Origin: an uncultured delta proteobacterium
GTDB lineage: Bacteria; Desulfobacterota; BSN033; UBA1163
Assembly: GCA_963827685.1 (NCBI GenBank)
Contig: CAWHBU010000002.1
Span: forward strand, 160,001-224,000
Reading direction: 5' to 3'
DNA: 64,000 nucleotides
The first letter of the stretch is position 1. Every line of letters starts with the position of its first letter. This document shows, in pieces, positions 39,482 through 47,763 of the stretch. Position numbers and translations under genes: made by a program. Under the pieces are notes generated by a model, which saw nothing but the letters and a program-made list of their open reading frames with translations, ran no database searches and was not told the origin of the DNA.

Positions 39482-40087
39482 ATGATGGATGATTTTGATG
39501 TCAAACCCATACTTGAAAGTCTCTTTTTCATTTCGGATTCTCCCATTCGGCTTGAAACCCTTGTCGAGATGCTGCCCGAATCAAACAAAGAGGCTATCTT
39601 AGAAGGGATTCATCAGATTAAATCAGAATATGAAGATCGTTCCAAGGGAATAGAGCTGGCAGAGATAGCGGGTGGATATCAATTCCGGACAAAACCCAGC
39701 TGGGCCGGATGGGTCAACCGGCTGAAAAGAGCGAAGGCAGTGAGGCTGAGTCAAGCCGCTTTAGAGACATTGGCCATCGTTGCCTATCGCCAACCCATTA
39801 TAGGACCTGCCATCGAAGAGGTTCGCGGGGTCGATTCGGGATCTGTCCTTCATACCCTTTTGGAAAAGGGATTGATTAAGATATTGGGCCGAAAAGACCT
39901 GCCCGGACGTCCCATTGTCTATGGGACCACCAAAACCTTTCTTGAACTCTTCAGCCTTAATACGCTTTCTGATCTCCCCAGCCTCCAAGAAATCCAACCC
40001 CTTCGAGCGCCCGAAGAGATTTTAGAAAACCCCCATCCCTCTCCCCTTGGGGGAGAGGGATGGGGCGAGGGGGAGAAAGCAGAGTAG
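39482..40087 (+). CDS. scpB: SMC-Scp complex subunit ScpB
   Basis: LESLFF, AGGYQFRT, LSQAALETLAIVAYRQPI, RGVDS, PGRPIVYGTT..FL..F.L..L.DLP. Confidence 0.96.
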   Translation: MMDDFDVKPILESLFFISDSPIRLETLVEMLPESNKEAILEGIHQIKSEYEDRSKGIELAEIAGGYQFRTKPSWAGWVNRLKRAKAVRLSQAALETLAIVAYRQPIIGPAIEEVRGVDSGSVLHTLLEKGLIKILGRKDLPGRPIVYGTTKTFLELFSLNTLSDLPSLQEIQPLRAPEEILENPHPSPLGGEGWGEGEKAE

Positions 40088-40096
40088 GGAATTCGA

Positions 40097-40852
40097 TTGG
40101 CACTGGAACGGATTCAAAAGATTTTAGCCAAGACCGGGATCGCCTCGAGGAGAGAGGCCGAGAGGATGGTGGTTGAAGGTAGGGTGTCGGTCAATGGTAA
40201 AGTCGTTGAGACATTGGGTTTCAAAGCCGATCCATCCAAGAATCACATCAAAGTGGATGGTAGAAGACTCACCCATTTTGAACCGAAAGTGATTCTTCTC
40301 CTCAATAAACCCAGGGGCTATCTTTCCACGGTCAAAGACCCAAAGGGAAGGCCAACCGTTTTGGATCTTCTTAAAAATTTGAAATGGAGAATCTATCCAG
40401 TAGGTCGCCTCGATTTCGATGCCGAGGGACTTCTCCTTCTCACCAATGATGGTGACCTTGCCCACCTCCTCTCCCATCCAAGATTCTCCATTCCAAAGAC
40501 CTATTTGGCGAAGGTGGCAGGCGTCCCGGAGGAGAAGAAACTGATGCGGCTCAAGAGGGGGGTAATGCTCGAAGATGGAGAAGCCAAGGCCGTTTCCTGC
40601 AACCTTATCCGCCAAAGAGAAAAAAATAGCTGGGTCCGGGTGGTGGTGACAGAAGGAAGAAACCATCTGGTGAAGAGGATGTTTTCAGCCATTGGCCACA
40701 GTGTTCTCAAGTTGAAGCGAATCGAATATGGGCCGATTCACTTAGGAGACCTCCCTTTCGGACAATTCCGTTACCTCACCGCTGAAGAAATGGAGAAGCT
40801 TAGAAAGATCAGTTGGAGTAAGATAAATAAAGATGGGGAGAAAGGGAGATAG
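40097..40852 (+). CDS. rluB: rRNA pseudouridine synthase (RluB/RsuA family, S4 domain)
   Basis: ERIQKILA..GIASRREAE, NKPRGY, YPVGRLDFD.EGLLLLTNDG, EGRNH.VKRM; follows scpB. Confidence 0.9.
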   Translation: MALERIQKILAKTGIASRREAERMVVEGRVSVNGKVVETLGFKADPSKNHIKVDGRRLTHFEPKVILLLNKPRGYLSTVKDPKGRPTVLDLLKNLKWRIYPVGRLDFDAEGLLLLTNDGDLAHLLSHPRFSIPKTYLAKVAGVPEEKKLMRLKRGVMLEDGEAKAVSCNLIRQREKNSWVRVVVTEGRNHLVKRMFSAIGHSVLKLKRIEYGPIHLGDLPFGQFRYLTAEEMEKLRKISWSKINKDGEKGR

Positions 40853-40900
40853 GGAGACACGGAGAGTTTTTGATGCGGAATGCGGATTTCGGAGCCGTTT

Positions 40901-40961
40901 GTAGCGCCCCCATTTATTGGGGGCGAAAGAGGAGGACGTCGGCAGTAAATGCCGACGCTAC
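40901..40961. repeat. GTAG-type REP doublet (REPIN-like)
   Basis: GTAG-CGCCCCCA-TTTAT-TGGGGGCG ... CGTCGGCA-GTAAA-TGCCGACG-CTAC in inverted orientation. Confidence 0.75.
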
Positions 40962-40965
40962 ATGA

Positions 40966-41538
40966 TTGATTACCAAAGTTGAGATTCTAAGAAAAGTTGT
41001 CCATCTAGCCACGTTGATCATTCCTGTCGGATATGCCTTGACTTCTGAGGAAACGGCCATCCTATTTCTCGTCCCTTTCTTTATAGCTCTTCTATTGGTT
41101 GACCTCCTTCGCCACTTCCATCCTGGGATGGCTTCCCTTTTTCAAAAATATTTCTTCGGAAGGGTTCTCAGAGAAGAGGAGAAGTCCGCCTTTATGGGGT
41201 CAACCTATTTTATCTTCTCAACGATCCTGAGCATCCTTCTCTTTCCCAAATCCATTGCCATTGCCAGCCTCCTCATTCTAATCCTTTCTGATACGGCGGC
41301 GGCCTTAGTAGGGAAATGGATTGGAAGAGTGAGGATTTTTGGAAAAACCCTTGAAGGGAGCATGGCTTTTCTTATCACCTCCCTCTCCATTGTCTGGATC
41401 TATCCTAATCTGAGCCGATTTCCAGGAAGCCTCGCAGCGCTGGGGGCAACATTGATTGAGATTCTTCCAATAAAGGTGAACGACAATTTCAGTATTCCCC
41501 TTGTGGCAGGGACGATCATGTTTTTCGCGGGGGGATGA
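40966..41538 (+). CDS. Dolichol/phytol kinase-like CTP-dependent membrane protein
   Basis: RKVVH, SDTAAALVG..IG, GKTLEGS, NDNFSIP; multiple TM helices. Confidence 0.85.
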   Translation: MITKVEILRKVVHLATLIIPVGYALTSEETAILFLVPFFIALLLVDLLRHFHPGMASLFQKYFFGRVLREEEKSAFMGSTYFIFSTILSILLFPKSIAIASLLILILSDTAAALVGKWIGRVRIFGKTLEGSMAFLITSLSIVWIYPNLSRFPGSLAALGATLIEILPIKVNDNFSIPLVAGTIMFFAGG

Positions 41539-42400
41539 GGGAAGGAAATTTCTTCAGGACCTCAACGATTCTTCTGGCCTCTTCCTCTGAGCTAATCTTA
41601 GCAATCACTGCAGAAACCTTCAATTCATCAAAGAGGAAAGAAAAGGCCCCTTCGGATTCTCTCAAGAGTGTCCCATCGGCAAGAGGATTGAGGCTGATTA
41701 CAGGCTTTTCAAACTTCTTGATCAGATCAGAGGCTCGCTGCAAATCAAAGAGGCTCCATTTCTTATTGATGGGAACGGCGTAAGCCGATACATTGAGTGA
41801 TCTTGCCCTCGGAAGGGCAAAGGTCGCCCATTGACCTGAAAAGACGGGGATGAATCCTTTTCCCCTGACCCTGGACACCATCTCATGAAGAAGATCGATC
41901 CGGCCCAGCGCCAACAGCCAATCGCCATATTTTTCTCCGACGAGGAGGAACGGAGACTCTTTGGGATCGAAGAGGGAAAGAGCTTTCTCGAAGCGAAGGG
42001 GATCGAAGGCGATCCGGTCAATCTCTTTTTGCGTAAAGACCTCGGAGGAAGAGGAGGGGGGAAGAATATTTCGAGGCAGATGAGAGGGGAGGAGTTCTTT
42101 TCTGATCGTTGAGATGATTTTTGATTCAAAACGATGGAGAGGCTTTCCTAAAAAGGAGGCGCCTGTCTCCACCTCTACATGGGAAAGGCCCAAAAGCATT
42201 TCGTCCGTCATAAGATTTTTTAACTCTTTAAAGGATTCGAGATGATCGCCGGAGGTGAGATCAAAACACCACGCCCCCATTTCATAGGCTTCTTTCATGA
42301 GGAACAAAATCTGATGTCGATTAAAAGGAGGTTGAGGCTGGATGGAGAGAATGACCCTCGGAATCTTTTTCCCTTCTAGAATGGTTGTCGGAAGCCTCAT
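41516..42400 (-). CDS. Hypothetical protein, possibly a degenerate aldo/keto-reductase-fold protein
   Basis: LPTTILEGKKIPRVIL and KPVISLNPLADG resemble AKR N- and C-terminal motifs; catalytic residues not recognisable. Confidence 0.55.
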   Translation of the reverse strand: MRLPTTILEGKKIPRVILSIQPQPPFNRHQILFLMKEAYEMGAWCFDLTSGDHLESFKELKNLMTDEMLLGLSHVEVETGASFLGKPLHRFESKIISTIRKELLPSHLPRNILPPSSSSEVFTQKEIDRIAFDPLRFEKALSLFDPKESPFLLVGEKYGDWLLALGRIDLLHEMVSRVRGKGFIPVFSGQWATFALPRARSLNVSAYAVPINKKWSLFDLQRASDLIKKFEKPVISLNPLADGTLLRESEGAFSFLFDELKVSAVIAKISSEEEARRIVEVLKKFPSLIPPRKT

Positions 42401-42815
42401 GGTATCATTATTCTATTATCTTCCTATCCTGTTTTCAATCAAAAGTCCAATCTTTGTATTTCAAAAATAAGATGTTCTTCTGTTTTTACTCTTTAAATAT
42501 CTGTTCATTGTGCACAAATAAATTATGTCGGAAAGCTGAATCAAAAAATACCATGGGTTGCTTAAGACTTTCTAATCGTAGACGGCAAGCGCCATTCCTT
42601 AGTCGGCCCAACCGTTTTTTGATTCAATGCAAATGGAAGGGACGGATCCTCTCCAACCATAGGATTTCTACAAATTGCTCCAGTATTTCAGAATGGACCG
42701 ATACTCCAATCATTCCCCTCCATCTTTTATGGGGGAGGATAAGGGCGGGGGTGAATGACAAGATCTAACCATTTCCTCCCTTGCTAAAAACATTTCTTTC
42801 TGGTAAAAGATTTCC

Positions 42816-43343
42816 ATGCCATTGAAAGATAAAGAGTTAAGAAAAGCCATAAGATTGGGAATTAAGACTCTGATTCTTCAGGAAGTCAGATTATTACGAC
42901 TGGAACGAGCCTTTACTCCACATGTTATGATCGACGAGATATCCGATTCGATTCAAGAGACAAAGAAGGTAATTATAAAGTTGACACGATCTATGGATAA
43001 TCAAGAAAGAACCGTTCTCCTAAAGAGAATGATCCGGCAAGCCGTAGACGAAGAGATCGATCGGGCTATTCAATTAAGAAAGACCAGGTGCATTCGTTGC
43101 CTTCATGGCAGGTTTTATGATGAAGCAGGGACGGGTCATGTGGACTTACCAGTCAAAACCCGGGCAGAGACCATCGGATGCGATAAGCTCAGACCTAACC
43201 TCAGAAAAAGTTGCAGGAGATTTGTAGAGATGTCGATGGCTGCTTCGCTGGATGACTATCTCAAGGAAATCACTTTCCTCTATGAATTTAGAGGCGTACT
43301 TGACCGGATTGAAGAGATCTGGAAGGACTACCTTACACAATAA
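42816..43343 (+). CDS. Hypothetical protein with possible metal-binding CxxCxH...C...C motif
   Basis: 175-aa ORF; RCIRCLHG, IGCDK, SCRRF. Confidence 0.6.
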   Translation: MPLKDKELRKAIRLGIKTLILQEVRLLRLERAFTPHVMIDEISDSIQETKKVIIKLTRSMDNQERTVLLKRMIRQAVDEEIDRAIQLRKTRCIRCLHGRFYDEAGTGHVDLPVKTRAETIGCDKLRPNLRKSCRRFVEMSMAASLDDYLKEITFLYEFRGVLDRIEEIWKDYLTQ

Positions 43344-43405
43344 AGGTTAAGGCTGAGGCTAAGGTTTAGATTTTTTAAATTCAACCTTAACCTAAACCTC
43401 AACCT
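43344..43405. repeat. Hexamer-periodic hairpin between convergent genes (possible bidirectional terminator)
   Basis: aggtta aggctg aggcta aggttt ... tcaacc ttaacc taaacc tcaacc. Confidence 0.7.
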
Positions 43406-43416
43406 AAATCATTTGA

Positions 43417-45996
43417 TTAGGCGAGCGCTTCGGCCACCAGCTCTGTAATATCCATCACTTTGATCCGGCCCTTCTTCTCTTTTCGAAGTCTTGCCGCAGC
43501 CAGCTGTAGGTTGGACTTACAGGCCGGACAGGCTGAGACAATAGTATCAGCTCCTATGATCGAAGCCTGTTGAACGCGTTTGTAAGCTATATCTAAGCTC
43601 ATTTCCGTGTCATAAGCCTTAAGGCCCCCGCCGCCACCGCAGCATTTAGCGAGATTTCTGTTATGAGGAAATTCAATCAATTCTACTGATGGGACCGCAC
43701 GGATGACATTGCGGGGTGGGTCATAGATATTCATGTGCCGCCCGATATCGCAGGGGTCGTGATAAGCCACTTTCATTTTAGCCCCATTCTTAAAAATGAG
43801 CTTACCGTTGGTGATGAGCTTTTCCAGATATTCTACCGTATGGTAAACCTGAACGTTAGGAAACTTATTGTGTTTTGGGTAAAGATCTTTGAAGGTCCGG
43901 TAGCATCCGGCGCAGGTGGTAACAATCTCTTTGAGACCCATCCGTTCGAAATGACTTATATTATTTTTGATACATCTCTCAAATTCTTTTTGATCCCCTA
44001 CCAGATAAGAGATATATCCGCAGCAGGACTCCTCATTCCCCAAAGTCGTATAGTCAATATTCGCCTGATTCATGATCTTCAATGTACTTGGAATAAGGTT
44101 GATGTCCTGATAAGAAGCGACACATCCGAAAAAAAGGAGAGTGGACGCTTTTTCTTTAAACTTAAACTCTGTGGGATAGATGTCCGCCCTTTTTCCCGTG
44201 GCTTCCCCAAAGGGGTTTCCTTTTTCCTCAATCGATTGCAGCAGCGTCCGGTGGACGGACGGAAGATACCCTGCCTCCACCAGTCGCACGCGGGCGGCCT
44301 GGACAATATCGGAAATCTTAACCCCCGCGGGACAGACGGCATTGCAGTTAAGGCATGTGGTACACGGATAAAATCTTTCAGCCAGTTCTTCCGATGGTTT
44401 TAATCTTCCGGTGAGGAGGTGATAGGCCAAGATCACCCTTCCGCGCGCATTGATAGATTCGAGGGAAGTCTCCCCATAGGTTGGACACCCGGCTCGACAG
44501 AATCCGCACATGATACAGGCCATAATCTCATTATCCAGTGCCTCGCCAAAGGATTGAATCTCGCCAGGCCTATCAACAAGGGGTAGAAAGGCAAACTTCT
44601 CATAAATGTCTTGAATGGAGTCATCGAATCCCATCTTCCCCGGATTGAGTATATTGTTGGGGTCAAGGGCTTTTTTGATCTCCTTCATGACTTCGAGAGT
44701 TCCCCCAAGCTCCCTCTTTATATAAGGCGATTTGGCCATTCCTGTTCCATGCTCGGCCGTGAGCGTGCCCCTGAGCCGTATCGTGAGGTCAATTAAGTCT
44801 TTGGCTACTTCTCGGATGGTATTCCATTGCTCCTTATTTCTGGGGTCAGAGATGATGATGGGATGAATATTCCCGTCACCGATATGGCCGAAGGTATTGA
44901 TCGGGATGTGATGTTTCTCTGAGATTTTGTTGATTTCCATAATGGCTTCCGGGATTTTGGTGATAGGTATTCCCGGGTCGTCCATAATGGACTGCATCCT
45001 TGATCCTCTCTTGACTTTTGACAAGGAGGCAACAATCCCTTGACGGGCGGCCCACATCTTAAGACGTTTCGCGGGATCATCCTCCCATTTATTCTCGATG
45101 CCGTTATTGGCCTCACAAATTTTATTGATTTTTGCTATGTTTTCCTGAACAGCCTTTTTATTCCCATCGATTTCAATGAAGAGGAGGCAGCCGACTCGAT
45201 CGGGGATGTTGAGTCCCATGGCTTTATTCACCACATCGATCGTCACTTTGTCCAAAATCTCACAGGAAGAGAGAGCAATGCCTGAGGTCAAGATCTCCCG
45301 AACGGCCTTTCCAGCCTCCAGGGTAGAGGGAAATCGCGCCTCTGCAAAAGCAACATATTCGGGAACGGGGAGGATTCTTAGAATGATCCTTGTGATAATT
45401 CCCAGCGTCCCCTCGGCCTGGGTGAAGAGCTGGGTAAGGTCGTATCCGGAAGACGTCTTGCTTAAGACCGAACCTGTGTTAATCGTTCGACCATCGGCCA
45501 GCACGACTTCCAGCCCCAAGACATAATTCTTCGTTGTCCCATACTTCAGCGCCCTATTTCCGCTGGCATTGGTTGAAACCATTCCTCCCAGCGAGGCAAG
45601 ATTAGCACTCCCAGGATCTGGAGGGAAAAAATGGGTGGGGGCAACGGCTGCATTGAGATGGTTGCATATGACGCCAGGTTCGACCACGACATATCCGTTC
45701 TCTTTGTCTATCTCTAAAATACGATTCATCCTGCTCAGGTCAAGCAGAATGCCTCCCTTGGCAGCCAATGCGCTACCGACCGCGCTTGTCCCCGAACCTC
45801 TTGGGGTCACAGGGATTTTTTCCTGATTGGCCAAAGACATTATTTTTGAAACTTCATCTGTTGTTTTGGCGAAGACAATGACATCCGGAACGGCCTCGTG
45901 GACCGATAGATCCCTGGAGTAACAGAGTCGTTCGATTTCATCGGCCCTCACATTTCTTTCGCCGACGATTTTGATCAATTCTTTGATATAGTCCAT
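43417..45996 (-). CDS. Fused FAD-binding (GlcD/D-lactate dehydrogenase-like) and Fe-S CCG (GlcF-like) oxidoreductase
   Basis: PRGSGT, FPPDPGS, EGTLGIIT, FGHIGDGNIHP, AEHGTG, LNPGK, then CIMCGFCRAGCP, CTTCLNC, YHDPC, CCGGGGG. Confidence 0.93.
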   Translation of the reverse strand: MDYIKELIKIVGERNVRADEIERLCYSRDLSVHEAVPDVIVFAKTTDEVSKIMSLANQEKIPVTPRGSGTSAVGSALAAKGGILLDLSRMNRILEIDKENGYVVVEPGVICNHLNAAVAPTHFFPPDPGSANLASLGGMVSTNASGNRALKYGTTKNYVLGLEVVLADGRTINTGSVLSKTSSGYDLTQLFTQAEGTLGIITRIILRILPVPEYVAFAEARFPSTLEAGKAVREILTSGIALSSCEILDKVTIDVVNKAMGLNIPDRVGCLLFIEIDGNKKAVQENIAKINKICEANNGIENKWEDDPAKRLKMWAARQGIVASLSKVKRGSRMQSIMDDPGIPITKIPEAIMEINKISEKHHIPINTFGHIGDGNIHPIIISDPRNKEQWNTIREVAKDLIDLTIRLRGTLTAEHGTGMAKSPYIKRELGGTLEVMKEIKKALDPNNILNPGKMGFDDSIQDIYEKFAFLPLVDRPGEIQSFGEALDNEIMACIMCGFCRAGCPTYGETSLESINARGRVILAYHLLTGRLKPSEELAERFYPCTTCLNCNAVCPAGVKISDIVQAARVRLVEAGYLPSVHRTLLQSIEEKGNPFGEATGKRADIYPTEFKFKEKASTLLFFGCVASYQDINLIPSTLKIMNQANIDYTTLGNEESCCGYISYLVGDQKEFERCIKNNISHFERMGLKEIVTTCAGCYRTFKDLYPKHNKFPNVQVYHTVEYLEKLITNGKLIFKNGAKMKVAYHDPCDIGRHMNIYDPPRNVIRAVPSVELIEFPHNRNLAKCCGGGGGLKAYDTEMSLDIAYKRVQQASIIGADTIVSACPACKSNLQLAAARLRKEKKGRIKVMDITELVAEALA

Positions 45997-46186
45997 GGTC
46001 CTACCTCTCCATTATGTTTGATAAGATTGAACGATATCATTATAAAACAAATATCAGGAATCTACACACTGATCCGTTCTTTTTCATGGTTGAGATGAAA
46101 TGGATTTTCTTGGTAGGGAGGACGAATAAGAATTATCTTTACATAACCCTCCCCTCTCCCAAAATGAAGGAGTAGGAAAATAAGGC

Positions 46187-46247
46187 TTGACAAAAGGATA
46201 CACCCTATATAAGGTGTAGAGCATAGATACACCCGATTTGAGGTGTA
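46187..46247 (+). promoter_or_regulatory. satD promoter with two TACACC-N8-GGTGTA palindromes
   Basis: TTGACA(46187)-N17-TAAGGT(46210); palindromes at 46199-46218 and 46228-46247; GGAG RBS at 46251. Confidence 0.7.
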
Positions 46248-46262
46248 AATGGAGACTATATA

Positions 46263-46970
46263 ATGGAGAGAATCGTAGCCGCCGTGACATGTGACATCGT
46301 TCGATCACAGAGATACTCCACGGAGCAAAGAAGAAAGATTGACGCAATCTTGAAGAAAGAATTCACGACGGTGTCCAAGACTTACAAGAACGCCGTTCAC
46401 ACCCCTACTTCTTTCAATGTTACTGTAGGTGATGAATTCCAGTTTGTCTTGACAAAAGTAGAGAAAGCTTATGAGGTAACGGTTTTTTATCGGGCATTGT
46501 TTGCCATTGCGGATCTTGCATCCATGTTCAGCTTCCGCTCCTCTATTGGCATCGGCGAAATCGCTGTCGAAAATAAGAAGGATTCTTATTCCCAAGATGG
46601 TCAGGCTTTTCATCGTTCTAGACTTGGTATCAATTTCTTCCGAGATCACAAATATAGAGGAAAGAGGCGGACTAAAATTGTAACCGGCGACATTCACCTT
46701 GACGAAACCCTGGATATGATTCTCATGTACCAGGATCTCCTGGAAGAAAAGTGGACTCGTGCCCAATGGGAGGCTATTCGCTGGCGATTGATGTTACCTA
46801 CCTATGAGGAGATTGCGAAAAAACTAGGCGTTGCTTATCAAAATGTCCAGAAACGACTGAAGGCAGCGAACTGGGATGAGTTCAGCCAAGGGGTTGAATT
46901 TGTTGAGAAGGTCTTAACCTCACACCTTCAAAAGGGTGCAACCGGCCATTTCACCTTTGAAAGGGTGTGA
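46263..46970 (+). CDS. satD: SatD family protein (nucleotidyl-cyclase-like domain + C-terminal HTH)
   Basis: CDIVRS, VGDEFQ, FRSSIGIG.I, DGQAFHRSR; TYEEIAKKLGVAYQNVQKRLKAA HTH. Confidence 0.85.
   Translation: MERIVAAVTCDIVRSQRYSTEQRRKIDAILKKEFTTVSKTYKNAVHTPTSFNVTVGDEFQFVLTKVEKAYEVTVFYRALFAIADLASMFSFRSSIGIGEIAVENKKDSYSQDGQAFHRSRLGINFFRDHKYRGKRRTKIVTGDIHLDETLDMILMYQDLLEEKWTRAQWEAIRWRLMLPTYEEIAKKLGVAYQNVQKRLKAANWDEFSQGVEFVEKVLTSHLQKGATGHFTFERV
46921..46969. promoter_or_regulatory. Second pair of CACC-N8-GGTG palindromes at the 3' end of satD
   Basis: CACACC-TTCAAAAG-GGTGCA (46921) and TTCACC-TTTGAAAG-GGTGTG (46950); 29-bp offset, identical to the promoter pair. Confidence 0.6.
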
Positions 46971-46976
46971 TGGGGA

Positions 46977-47711
46977 TTGAGGATTAACATGATGTTTTGG
47001 AAGATTCTCCTTGCCCATGTGTTTACTGATTTTATTTTCCAACCTGACCCATTGGTCGAAAATAAAGGGAAGATTGCGGTTCTTTTCGTTCACAGTCTTA
47101 TCTTTTTTCTCCTTTCCATTGTAATCCTTTTACCGACCTTTTCTTATCAGACGGTCATCGCTCTTGTGTTCCTAGCATTATTTCATGGTTCTGTTGACTA
47201 TTTAAAAAACCTGATACAAAAACGTACTGGAAAAAATCATTGGGGCTACTTTCTGGGAGATCAGGTAATTCATATGTTGGGAATCGGAGCCGTCGTCTTT
47301 TTTCTGGATAAGAAATACTTGCATGCATGGGTTGATGTCTTATCTACCTATTGGTCGAAACCTTCTGTATTTCTGTTTCTTTCCCTCTTTGTTCTGATTG
47401 TATTCGGAGGAAACTTCTTCACCGGAGTCCTGTGTAAGGGGTTTTCGGGAAGCCTAAATTCAGAAAAGAAACCAGGGATTGAGAGGGCAGGACGGTATAT
47501 TGGAATTGTAGAAAGGAGTTTGGTCTTGACAGCTGTGCTCTTTGGCAAGATGGAATTTATCGGATATATCTTTGCCGCCAAATCCATTGCCCGCTATCCT
47601 GAAATGAAAGAAGGGAGTCATTTCGCAGAGTATTATTTGATTGGAACTTTGACCAGCATTGTTATAGCTTTTTTCGGAGGTCTGCTCTTAAAGTATCTGT
47701 TAGGATGGTGA
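46977..47711 (+). CDS. DUF3307 membrane protein
   Basis: LAHVFTDFIFQ, HGSVD, GDQVIH, AGRYIGIVER, AAKSIARY, AEYYLIGTL; usual satD neighbour. Confidence 0.85.
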   Translation: MRINMMFWKILLAHVFTDFIFQPDPLVENKGKIAVLFVHSLIFFLLSIVILLPTFSYQTVIALVFLALFHGSVDYLKNLIQKRTGKNHWGYFLGDQVIHMLGIGAVVFFLDKKYLHAWVDVLSTYWSKPSVFLFLSLFVLIVFGGNFFTGVLCKGFSGSLNSEKKPGIERAGRYIGIVERSLVLTAVLFGKMEFIGYIFAAKSIARYPEMKEGSHFAEYYLIGTLTSIVIAFFGGLLLKYLLGW

Positions 47712-47763
47712 TGGGTTTTGCCTTTTGTTCTGTCTCGATTTTTGGATAAAAAGATACCTTACA

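Noticed and set aside
39142-39588. 148-aa minus-strand ORF as the MITE's transposase
   Set aside because: It runs across the scpB antisense strand, the hairpin and the MITE, with no DDE or HUH motifs.
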